Positions 7,882 to 17,266 of a stretch of DNA of 32,588 bases are shown here, piece after piece; within the stretch, counting starts at the first letter, position 1; each line of letters opens with the position of its first letter. The position numbers and the translations under genes are program-made. Location of the stretch: positions 1 through 32,588 of the forward strand of contig RFGD01000009.1 in the NCBI GenBank assembly GCA_003696705.1, given 5' to 3'. The notes below the pieces were generated by a model that did not search any database, was not told the DNA's origin, and was given only the letters and a program-made list of their open reading frames with translations. The DNA is from Alphaproteobacteria bacterium (GTDB lineage: Bacteria > Pseudomonadota > Alphaproteobacteria > Rhodobacterales > Rhodobacteraceae).

Positions 7882-10800
7882 GCCTCGGCGCGACGGGTCG
7901 CGGGGGCCGGCGCGGCCGCCTTTTCGGCCAGGTCGCGGGCGATGGCGAAGGCGCCCTTGATCCGATCCCGGTCGGACGACCAGTCCCGCCGCACGACAAG
8001 CTTGTTGTCCTTGATCTTGGCAAGGCCCCTCTGGTCCTGGATGAAGGCGACAAGCCCGGCGGGGTTTGCAAAACGGTCGCCGTGGAACTGGATCACGGCC
8101 CCCTTCGGGCCACCGTCAAGCCGCGCGATCCCGGCCCTGAGGCACATGGCCTTGATCCGCACCACCAGAAGAAGGACGTTCACCTCCTTCGGCAGCGGAC
8201 CGAAGCGGTCGATGAGTTCCGCGGCGAATCCCTCGATCTCGACCTTCGAGTTCAACGTCGAAAGCCGCCGGTAAAGGCCCAGCCGGACGTCGAGATCGGG
8301 CACGTAGTCCTCGGGTATCAGGACCGGCACGCCCAGATTGATGACCGGCGACCAATGGGCGTCCACCTCCTCGGGCAGCCCTTCGGCGGCGCCGGAACGG
8401 ATGCGCGCGATCGCTTCTTCCAGCATGGACTGGTAAAGCTCGTAGCCGACTTCCCGGACATGTCCCGACTGCTCTTCGCCCAGGATGTTGCCGGCGCCGC
8501 GAAGATCGAGGTCCTGGGCCGCCAGGTTGAAACCGGCGCCGAGGCCGTCAAGGCTGCCGAGGACGCGCAATCGCCGTTCGGCCTGCGGTGTCAGGACCGT
8601 TCCCGGCCGTGTCGTGAGGTAGCAGTAGCCGCGCGTCTTCGACCGGCCCACGCGCCCGCGGATCTGGTAGAGCTGTGCCAGACCGAACATGTCGGCGCGG
8701 TGCACGATCATGGTGTTCGCGGTCGGAATGTCGAGCCCGGATTCGACGATCGAGGTCGACAGAAGGACATCGTATTTCCCGTCGTAGAAGGCGTTCATGC
8801 GCTGGTCGAGCTCGCCCGCCGCCATCTGGCCATGGGCGACGACGAAGCTGACTTCCGGCACCTGCTCGGCAAGAAAGGTCTCGATCTCGGGCAGATCGGC
8901 GATGCGCGGCACGACGAAGAAGGACTGGCCCCCGCGGTAGTGTTCCCTGAGCAGCGCCTCCCGGATGGTCACGGTGTCGAACTCCGAGACATAGGTGCGG
9001 ATCGCAAGCCGGTCCACGGGCGGCGTCGCGATGACCGACAGGTCGCGCACCCCCGTGAGTGCCAGTTGCAGCGTCCGGGGAATGGGCGTCGCGGTCAGCG
9101 TGAGGACATGCACATCCGACCGAAGCGCCTTCAGCCGTTCCTTGTGGGCGACGCCGAAATGCTGTTCCTCGTCCACGATCATGAGGCCAAGGTTGCGAAA
9201 ACGCACCGACTTGGACAGAAGCGCATGCGTGCCGATCACGATGTCCACCGTGCCATCGGCAAGGCCGGCGCGCGTCTCGGCCGCCTCTCGCTGGCCGACG
9301 AAGCGCGACAGCTGACGCACGTTGATCGGAAAGCCCCGGAAGCGTTCGGCAAAGCTGCGGGCGTGCTGGCGCGCCAGAAGCGTCGTCGGCGCGATCACTG
9401 CGACCTGCATGCCCTGGGCGGCGGCGATGAAGGCGGCGCGCATGGCCACTTCGGTCTTGCCGAACCCGACATCGCCGACGACGAGCCGGTCCATCGGCCG
9501 GCCCGAGGAAAGATCGCTCAGCACATCCTGGATCGCGGCAAGCTGGTCGTCGGTCTCTTCGTATGGAAAGCGCGCCGCGAAGGCATTCCACATCTCGGCC
9601 GGGGGTTCGAGGATGGGCGCCTTGCGCAATTCGCGCTCGGCCGCGATGCGGATCAGCCGGTCGGCCATCTCGCGGATGCGTTCCTTGAGGCGGGCCTTCT
9701 TCGCCTGCCACGCACCGCCGCCAAGCTTGTCGAGAAGCCCCTCCTCGTGCCCGTAGCGCGACAAGAGCTCGACGTTCTCGACCGGCAGATAAAGCTTGTC
9801 GCCACCGGCATATTCGATCACCAGGCAGGCGTGCGGCGCGCCGGCGGCCGTCACCGTCTCGATCCCCAGATAGCGACCGACGCCGTGGTCCACGTGGACG
9901 ACCAGATCGCCGACCGAGAGCGCCCCGGGATCGGCAACGAAGTCGTCGGCCTTCCGCCGCCGCCGGGGCCGCCGGATCAGCCGATCGCCCAGGACGTCCT
10001 GTTCGGAAATGACCGTGAGGCCCGGCGTCTCGAACCCGGCTTCGAGGCGCCACACCGCCAGGGCAATCGCGCCCTTTGCCTCGGCCAGGTCGCGCATGCC
10101 CGAGATCGGCCGCGTGTCGAGGACGCCTTCGTCTTCGAGAAGCGAGGCGAGCCGCTCTCTCGCGCCCTCCGAGTAGGTCGCGATGACGACGTTCCCCTCC
10201 TTGCGCCGTGCTTCAACATGATCGGCCAGCGCCTTGAAAAGATGCACGCCTTCCTGATGGCGCTCGGGGGCGAAATTGCGCCCGAGACGCGCGCCCGCGT
10301 CGATGACGCCGGGCCCCGTGGCGCGTGGCACGGCCGAAAACGACAGGACGCGGCGCCCGGCCATGGCAGCGTCCCAGCCCGCTTCGTCGAGGTAGAGAAG
10401 TTCGGGCGGCGCAGGCTTGTAGACACTGTCGAGCCGACCCTTCTGGGTCATCGCCTCGCGTCGGGCCTCGTAGAGGTCGAGGACCGTCTCGTGGCGGGCC
10501 GCGCGCGACTGGGCGGCCTGTTCGTCCTCGGTCACCGAGGCGCCGGGGACATAGTCGAAGATCGTCTCGAGCCTGTCGTGGAAGAACCCGAGCCAGTGCT
10601 CGATGCCCTGGTGCTTGCGGCCCGCGCTGACGGCCTCGTAGAGGGCGTCGCCCGAACCCGCGGTGCCGAAGGCGATGCGATAGTTCTGCCGAAAGCGGCG
10701 GATCGCGGCCTCGTCCAGGATTACCTCGGAAACCGGCGCAAGCTCGACGCGATCAAGGCGCGAGCGGGTCCGCTGGCTCTCGGGATCGAAAAGACGTGCG

Positions 10801-11351
10801 CCGTCAAGGACATCGCCGAAGAGATCGAGGCGCACCGGGAACTCGGCCCCCGGCGGGAAGATGTCGATGATGCCGCCCCGGACGGCATAATCGCCCGGCT
10901 CGGTCACGGTGGGCGCCTGGACGAAGCCCATGCGCACAAGGAAGGCGCGAAGCGCGGCCTCGTCGATCTGACGGCCGACATGGGCGACGAAGCTTGCCTC
11001 TCGGACCGTGTCCCGGGCGGGGACGCGCTGTGTCGCCGCCGCGACGGTGGTCAAGAGGACAAAGGGCCCGGAAAGCCCGCGCGCCAGGGTCGCAAGCGTC
11101 GCCATCCGCTCGGCCGACACCGCCGGGTTGGGCGAGACACGGTCATACGGCAGGCAGTCCCATGCCGGAAAGGACAGGACCGGCACGCCAGCGCCCCAGA
11201 AGGCCAGCGCCTCGCGCATGGCCTCCATGCGTTTTTCGTCCCGCGCCACGTGGATGACCGGCGCACCGGTCTTCTCCAGCTCGGCCAGGACGAGGCGGGC
11301 GTCGTAGCCTTCGGGCGCGCCGCCGACGACGATATGCTGGGCCTTGGACAT
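7878..11351 (-). CDS. mfd: transcription-repair coupling factor
   Basis: 1157 aa with an UvrB-homology N-terminus, a CarD/RID-like segment, superfamily-2 helicase motifs (GDVGFGKTEVA, VDEEQHFG) and a TRG region. Confidence 0.95.
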   Translation of the reverse strand: MSKAQHIVVGGAPEGYDARLVLAELEKTGAPVIHVARDEKRMEAMREALAFWGAGVPVLSFPAWDCLPYDRVSPNPAVSAERMATLATLARGLSGPFVLLTTVAAATQRVPARDTVREASFVAHVGRQIDEAALRAFLVRMGFVQAPTVTEPGDYAVRGGIIDIFPPGAEFPVRLDLFGDVLDGARLFDPESQRTRSRLDRVELAPVSEVILDEAAIRRFRQNYRIAFGTAGSGDALYEAVSAGRKHQGIEHWLGFFHDRLETIFDYVPGASVTEDEQAAQSRAARHETVLDLYEARREAMTQKGRLDSVYKPAPPELLYLDEAGWDAAMAGRRVLSFSAVPRATGPGVIDAGARLGRNFAPERHQEGVHLFKALADHVEARRKEGNVVIATYSEGARERLASLLEDEGVLDTRPISGMRDLAEAKGAIALAVWRLEAGFETPGLTVISEQDVLGDRLIRRPRRRRKADDFVADPGALSVGDLVVHVDHGVGRYLGIETVTAAGAPHACLVIEYAGGDKLYLPVENVELLSRYGHEEGLLDKLGGGAWQAKKARLKERIREMADRLIRIAAERELRKAPILEPPAEMWNAFAARFPYEETDDQLAAIQDVLSDLSSGRPMDRLVVGDVGFGKTEVAMRAAFIAAAQGMQVAVIAPTTLLARQHARSFAERFRGFPINVRQLSRFVGQREAAETRAGLADGTVDIVIGTHALLSKSVRFRNLGLMIVDEEQHFGVAHKERLKALRSDVHVLTLTATPIPRTLQLALTGVRDLSVIATPPVDRLAIRTYVSEFDTVTIREALLREHYRGGQSFFVVPRIADLPEIETFLAEQVPEVSFVVAHGQMAAGELDQRMNAFYDGKYDVLLSTSIVESGLDIPTANTMIVHRADMFGLAQLYQIRGRVGRSKTRGYCYLTTRPGTVLTPQAERRLRVLGSLDGLGAGFNLAAQDLDLRGAGNILGEEQSGHVREVGYELYQSMLEEAIARIRSGAAEGLPEEVDAHWSPVINLGVPVLIPEDYVPDLDVRLGLYRRLSTLNSKVEIEGFAAELIDRFGPLPKEVNVLLLVVRIKAMCLRAGIARLDGGPKGAVIQFHGDRFANPAGLVAFIQDQRGLAKIKDNKLVVRRDWSSDRDRIKGAFAIARDLAEKAAAPAPATRRAEA

Positions 11352-11409
11352 CGCGCGTCAGGTAACCGCCGCCGCGGCCGTGTCAATAGCCCGGGGCGCG
11401 ATTTCCGCC

Positions 11410-11943
11410 TCAGATCCCCAGAACGTTGGCATTGATGTTCTGCCACATCCCCCAAAGGGACGTCACGAAGATGGCGGCCATGCCGATGAACTGGACGATG
11501 CGCCGATGAACGCGCAGCGTCCGGCAGATGGTGTCAAGATCGGCCGCCGCCGCCACGCGCCGGGCGGTGCGCACCGACAGCGCCCCGACGACAGACAGGG
11601 GCGCGACGATCAAGAAGACCGCCTGGCTGAACTCGTTGCCGAACCAGAACCCCAGCGTGCCAAGGACCGCAAGACCGAAGAAGACCGTGCCTACGATCCA
11701 GAGCCCGGCCACCTCGACGATGAAATTGACGCGGCCCGCATGGATCCGCGCGACGATCTCGAGATCTTCGGCCGCGCGCCCGCCGACACGGATTGCACGC
11801 TGGACCATGTCCCAGGGAATGCCGACGATCCAGTGCGACGTCGTCGACCAGGTCACCGCCAGCACGATCCAGTACCAGAGATTCGAGAACGACCGCATGT
11901 CGATCAGCTCGAATGCCAGGTCGTACCAGCTCACCCGTCCCAT
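11410..11943 (-). CDS. conserved hypothetical integral membrane protein (about 4 TM segments)
   Basis: 177-aa ORF with a strong RBS (AAGGAAGGGG before the ATG) and hydrophobic helices (WYWIVLAVTW, GLWIVGTVFFGLAVLGTLGFWF, VFLIVAPLSVVGAL, FIGMAAIFVTSLW). I recognise no family. Confidence 0.6.
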   Translation of the reverse strand: MGRVSWYDLAFELIDMRSFSNLWYWIVLAVTWSTTSHWIVGIPWDMVQRAIRVGGRAAEDLEIVARIHAGRVNFIVEVAGLWIVGTVFFGLAVLGTLGFWFGNEFSQAVFLIVAPLSVVGALSVRTARRVAAAADLDTICRTLRVHRRIVQFIGMAAIFVTSLWGMWQNINANVLGI

Positions 11944-12008
11944 CCCCTTCCTTGCCCGGGGCCTTGCCGCGGGCTTGAAACCTCATGTCGTTCCGTGCCA
12001 CTCGGTAG

Positions 12009-13034
<1,026 letters not shown>

Positions 13035-13180
13035 CCCCAGATGTTCGGCAATCCCTCGCCGATGACATCAACATGAGGTGACAGCCGGGGCAAAAGCGCC
13101 TATACCTCGGGCAACGGCCGCGCGAAATACGGCCGGCAGGCAGGCATGGACCACATGCATCAGGTATCGAGGCAGGAAAG

Positions 13181-13738
13181 ATGAGCATCATCGACAGACG
13201 CGGACTTCTGGCCGGTGGCGGCGCGCTGGCGCTTCTTGCCGGATGTGCGAACGGCGTGCGCTCGAACGGGCGCGACCAGATCGACCAGCAGGTGGACGCG
13301 GCCATGCGGCTCATGTTCGCCGAGGTTCCCGAGACGCGGGAACTTGCCGCCAAGGCCGCCGGGGTGCTCGTCATGCCCCGGATCACCGAGGCCGGCTTCG
13401 GCATCGGCGGGTCCTACGGGCGCGGGGCGCTCAGGGTCGGTGGCGTCTCGGTCGACTACTATTCGGCCGCCTCGGCCTCGTTCGGGCTTCAGTTGGGCGC
13501 GAAGCAATATGCCCATGCCCTGTTCTTCATGACGCCCGAGGCGCTGGCCGAGTTCCGCGCCGGCCCGGGCTGGCAGGCGGGCGCCGGTATCGAATATCTT
13601 GTGAACAACGACGGGAAGGAATTCTCGGGCGACACGACGCGCGCCCTGTCGCCCGTCATCGGGGTGGTCTTCGGACAGGCCGGGCTCATCGTCGGGGCGA
13701 CGGTCGAAGGCACGAAGTATACCCGCATCATTCCCTGA
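13181..13738 (+). CDS. SYLF/Ysc84-like domain lipoprotein with Tat-type signal
   Basis: N-terminus MSIIDRRGLLAGGGALALLAGC carries a twin-arginine motif plus the lipobox LAGC. The remainder resembles the lipid-binding SYLF (DUF500) family (FGIGGSYGRG, SFGLQLG). RBS is AGGAAAG. Confidence 0.7.
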   Translation: MSIIDRRGLLAGGGALALLAGCANGVRSNGRDQIDQQVDAAMRLMFAEVPETRELAAKAAGVLVMPRITEAGFGIGGSYGRGALRVGGVSVDYYSAASASFGLQLGAKQYAHALFFMTPEALAEFRAGPGWQAGAGIEYLVNNDGKEFSGDTTRALSPVIGVVFGQAGLIVGATVEGTKYTRIIP

Positions 13739-13768
13739 CCTACCGGGGGCATTCGGGGTCAGCGTGAA

Positions 13769-13801
13769 GGGGGGTCGGCGCCTGTGGCACCGGCCCCTTT
13801 T
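13769..13801 (+). terminator. rho-independent terminator after the SYLF-like gene
   Basis: GGGGTCGGCGCC (13771-13782), loop TGT, GGCACCGGCCCC (13786-13797). That gives a 12-position stem with one mismatch and one G-U pair, followed by TTTT (13798-13801). Confidence 0.5.
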
Positions 13802-13816
13802 CCGTGTCGCCGCCCA

Positions 13817-14695
13817 TTAGCGCGGGTCGAGGACGCGCAGGCGGTGGATGAGCGACGACGTGTCCCAGCGCCCGCCGCCCAGGTTCTGCACATCCTTGTA
13901 GAACTGGTCGACCAAGGCGGTCACGGGCAGGCTGGCGCCGTTTTCGTCGGCCGCTTCAAGGCAGATCCCAAGATCCTTCCGCATCCAGTTGACGGCAAAC
14001 CCGAAATCGAACTTGCCGTCCAGCATCGTCTCGTAGCGGTTCGACATCTGCCACGAGCCGGCAGCGCCCCCCTGGATGACCTCGACGACCTGGCGGCCGT
14101 CCAGCCCGGCCTTCTCGGCGAAGTGAAGCCCCTCGGACAGGGCCTGGACCAGCCCGGCAATGCAGATCTGGTTGACCATCTTCGTCAGCTGGCCCGCCCC
14201 GCTTTCCCCCAGCCGCCGGCAGAGCTTGGCGTAACACGCGATGATCGGTTCGGCGCGCGCATAGGCCTCGGCGTCGCCGCCGCACATCACGACCAGCTGG
14301 CCGTTCTCGGCCCCTGCCTGACCGCCGGACACCGGCGCGTCGACGAAGGCCACGCCGCGTTCGGCGGCAATCTTGCACAATTCGCGCGTGACGCGGGCCG
14401 ACACGGTCGTGTGATCGACGAAGACCGAGCCCGCGGCCATGCCGGCAAACGCCCCGTCATCGCCCAGGCAGACGCTTCGCAGGTCGTCGTCATTGCCGAC
14501 GCAGGCCATCACGAACTCGGCGCCCTCGGCGGCGGCGCGCGGCGTTTCGGCCAGAGAGCCGCCGTGTTCGGCCACCCAGGCTTCGGCCTTGGCCTTCGTC
14601 CGGTTGTAGACCGTCACTTCGTGCCCGCGCGCCGCCAGATGGCCCGCCATCGGATAGCCCATCACGCCAAGTCCAAGAAATGCCACCTTCGCCAT
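13817..14695 (-). CDS. NAD(P)-dependent beta-hydroxyacid dehydrogenase (3-hydroxyisobutyrate dehydrogenase family)
   Basis: N-terminal Rossmann motif VAFLGLGVMGYPMAGHL, plus family blocks (DAPVSGG, GAGQLTKMVNQ). ATG at 14695 is preceded by AAGGA. The track's start at 14701 is a TTG two codons upstream. Confidence 0.85.
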   Translation of the reverse strand: MAKVAFLGLGVMGYPMAGHLAARGHEVTVYNRTKAKAEAWVAEHGGSLAETPRAAAEGAEFVMACVGNDDDLRSVCLGDDGAFAGMAAGSVFVDHTTVSARVTRELCKIAAERGVAFVDAPVSGGQAGAENGQLVVMCGGDAEAYARAEPIIACYAKLCRRLGESGAGQLTKMVNQICIAGLVQALSEGLHFAEKAGLDGRQVVEVIQGGAAGSWQMSNRYETMLDGKFDFGFAVNWMRKDLGICLEAADENGASLPVTALVDQFYKDVQNLGGGRWDTSSLIHRLRVLDPR

Positions 14696-14778
14696 CGCCA
14701 AATTCCTTTTCCCTTGCGATATTTCCCGCGCACAGTAACCAAGGCGGCAACCTTGCCGTCAACCGTCCGGGGCTCTTG

Positions 14779-17238
14779 ATGACTACGCTTTTTCGCTGGC
14801 TTCTGCGGCTTGTTGTCCTTCTTCTGGTCCTGACAGCGGGGGCTCTTGGGCTTGCCTACTGGCTTGCCGCGCGCTCGCTGCCGGTCTACGAGGGGCGCTT
14901 TGCCGTCCGCGGTCTTGACGCCCCGGTCGAGATCGTGCGCGACAGCGCGGCCGTGCCGCACATCCTTGGCACGACCGACGAGGACACGTTCTTCGGCCTC
15001 GGCTTCGTGCATGCCCAGGACCGCCTGTGGCAGATGACGATGTTGCGGCGCACCGCCCAGGGCCGCCTGTCCGAGCTGTTCGGCCCCCGCACGCTTCGCA
15101 TCGACGAGTTGATGCGACGGCTCGACCTCTACGGGCTGGCCGTGCGCGCCGTCGAGGTTCAGGACCCCGCCACGCAGGCGGCGCTCCGGGCCTACGCGGC
15201 CGGCGTGAACGCCTGGATCGAGAAGGTCAACGAGGGGTCGCTTGGCCGGGGCGCGCCCGAGTTCTTCCTGTTCTCGCCGCAGATCGCGCCGTGGCAGCCG
15301 GCCGATTCGCTGGCCATCATGAACCTCATGGCCTTGCAGCTCTCCGGGCAGGCGCAGAAGGAAGTGCAGCGCGCGCGGCTGTCGCTTCTTCTTCCCGAAG
15401 AGCGGGTCCGGGACATCCTTCCCGACGCGCCGGGGGCGGGCATCGCCGCCCTGCCCGACTATGCGTCGCTCTTTCCGGGGCTTCCCCGGTTCACGCGGGT
15501 GGCGACGCTGCACGACCCGCTCGACCCCGTGCCGGCGCCGGGCCTTGCCGGGGCCTCGAACGCCTGGGCGGCGGCCCCGTCCCGCGCGGCCGGCAAGGGC
15601 TCGCTTCTGGCCAACGATCCGCATCTCGAGCTGACGGCGCCGTCCATCTGGTATCTTGCCCGGCTCGAGCTTTCCTCGGGCGGGGTGATCGGCGGCACGA
15701 TCCCGGGGATCCCGGCCGTCCTGGCCGGTCGGTCGGACCGGCTGGGCTGGGGGCTGACCACGGCTTACGTCGATGATCAGGACGTGCTCATCCAGCGGCT
15801 CAACCCCGACAACCCCGAGGAATATCAGACCCCTGACGGCTATTCCGAATTCATCACGCGAAAAAGCGTGATCCGCATCAAGGGCGCGGCGCCCAAGACG
15901 CTGACCCTGCGCTGGGCGGGCGACAAGCCGGTCCTGCCAGGCAAGTATTTCGGGCTTGGCGCCGTGACACCGAAAGGCCATGTGGCAAGCCTTGCCTGGA
16001 CGCTCTTTTCACCTCGGAACACCTCGATGACGGCGGCCATGCGGCTCATGCGCGCCCAGGACATCGACGAGGCGGTCGCCGCGGCCGCCCTTTCGGTCGC
16101 GCCGGCGCAAAACCTGACCCTCGCCGATCACGACCGGATCGCGCTGGTGACCGCGGGTGCGATCCCGCGGCGGGACCGGCGTCACTGGACCCAGGGACGG
16201 ATGCCGGCGCCCGGCTGGGTGCCCGAGAACAACTGGAACGGCACCCTGCCGTTTGCCACCAATCCGCGCTTCGTCGACCCGCCGGGCGGCATTGTCGGGA
16301 ACACCAACAACAAGACGGTTCAGCGGGCTTTTCCGCTTCACGTCTCCTTCGACTGGGGCGACACCCAGCGGATCCTGCGCTGGAAGGACCTGATGGAGCG
16401 ACGCGCTGTCCATACCCGCGAAAGCTTCATCGAGGCACAGCTCGACACCGTGTCGATCACCGCCAGATCCCTTCTGCCGCTTGTGGCGCGTGATCTGTGG
16501 TTCACCGGCGAACCGGCGCCCGAAGGCACGCCCGAGCGCCGCCGGCAGACGGCCTTGTCGCTTCTGGCCGAGTGGAACGGCGAGATGAACGAGCACATGC
16601 CCGAGCCGCTCATCTATGCCGCGTGGATGCGCCACCTGCAGGCGCGGCTGGTCCGTGACGAGCTTGGGCCCCTGGCCGAGGACTTCACCCGCCCCGAACC
16701 GCTGTTCATCGAGCGCGTCTTTCGCGACACCGACGGCGCGGCTGCCTGGTGCGACGTGGTCCAGTCGACCGCGAAAGAGAGCTGCACGGACATCGCCCGC
16801 CTGGCGCTTGACGATGCGCTCGTCTACCTGACCGAACGTTTCGGCGCCAACATCGAAAGCTGGCGCTGGGGCGACGCGCATCAGGCCCATCACGACCATA
16901 CGGTCCTGGGCGACGTTCCCGTCCTTCGCTGGTTCGTGAACATCCATCAGTCGACAAGCGGCGGCGACAACACGCTGATGCGCGGCAAGACCTCGGGCGA
17001 AGAGCCCGAGCCCTTTGCCAACGTCCATGCCGGCGCCTATCGGGGCGTCTACGACTTCGGCGACCCGGACAGTTCCGTGTTCATCATCTCGACCGGACAG
17101 TCGGGCCACCCGCTTTCACGCCACTACGATGACCTTGGCGAACGCTGGCGGCGGGGCGAATATATTCCCATGTCGCTTGACAAGGATCTTGCCAGGGCCG
17201 CGGCGCTCGGGACGATCGTGCTGGAACCCGCACGCTAG
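14779..17238 (+). CDS. penicillin acylase family Ntn-hydrolase (possible acyl-homoserine-lactone/beta-lactam acylase) with N-terminal membrane anchor
   Basis: Internal ATG at 14779 gives MTTLFRWLLRLVVLLLVLTAGALGLAYWL (TM/signal anchor). It has the alpha-subunit block GLGFVHAQDRLWQM and the autoprocessing/nucleophile site G-A-S-N-A-W (Ser codon at 15556-15558), followed by ANDPHL. Confidence 0.85.
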   Translation: MTTLFRWLLRLVVLLLVLTAGALGLAYWLAARSLPVYEGRFAVRGLDAPVEIVRDSAAVPHILGTTDEDTFFGLGFVHAQDRLWQMTMLRRTAQGRLSELFGPRTLRIDELMRRLDLYGLAVRAVEVQDPATQAALRAYAAGVNAWIEKVNEGSLGRGAPEFFLFSPQIAPWQPADSLAIMNLMALQLSGQAQKEVQRARLSLLLPEERVRDILPDAPGAGIAALPDYASLFPGLPRFTRVATLHDPLDPVPAPGLAGASNAWAAAPSRAAGKGSLLANDPHLELTAPSIWYLARLELSSGGVIGGTIPGIPAVLAGRSDRLGWGLTTAYVDDQDVLIQRLNPDNPEEYQTPDGYSEFITRKSVIRIKGAAPKTLTLRWAGDKPVLPGKYFGLGAVTPKGHVASLAWTLFSPRNTSMTAAMRLMRAQDIDEAVAAAALSVAPAQNLTLADHDRIALVTAGAIPRRDRRHWTQGRMPAPGWVPENNWNGTLPFATNPRFVDPPGGIVGNTNNKTVQRAFPLHVSFDWGDTQRILRWKDLMERRAVHTRESFIEAQLDTVSITARSLLPLVARDLWFTGEPAPEGTPERRRQTALSLLAEWNGEMNEHMPEPLIYAAWMRHLQARLVRDELGPLAEDFTRPEPLFIERVFRDTDGAAAWCDVVQSTAKESCTDIARLALDDALVYLTERFGANIESWRWGDAHQAHHDHTVLGDVPVLRWFVNIHQSTSGGDNTLMRGKTSGEEPEPFANVHAGAYRGVYDFGDPDSSVFIISTGQSGHPLSRHYDDLGERWRRGEYIPMSLDKDLARAAALGTIVLEPAR

Positions 17239-17266
17239 GCGCGCCGAGGGCGCGGCTGCAGGCGGC

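Noticed and set aside
7620-11435. A 1271-aa ORF on the plus strand opposite mfd. Similar long antisense ORFs include 665..1696(-), 1657..3105(+), 4597..5772(-), 14662..15981(-), 16009..17109(-), 17734..18684(+), 19320..20831(+), 22031..23479(+), 23295..25838(+), 25744..27237(+), 27198..28382(+), 28196..29308(+) and 29191..30645(-).
   Set aside because: Each lies antisense to a gene with unmistakable homology. Their translations are low-complexity and rich in Arg, Pro, Gly and Ala, with no recognisable motifs. This is the expected stop-codon-poor mirror-frame artefact of a high-GC genome.
17239-17266. A short hairpin CGCGCC-GAG-GGCGCG in the 28-bp gap between the convergent acylase and hflX genes.
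   Set aside because: The stem is 6 bp with a 3-nt loop and no U-tract on either side. That is not convincing as a terminator.
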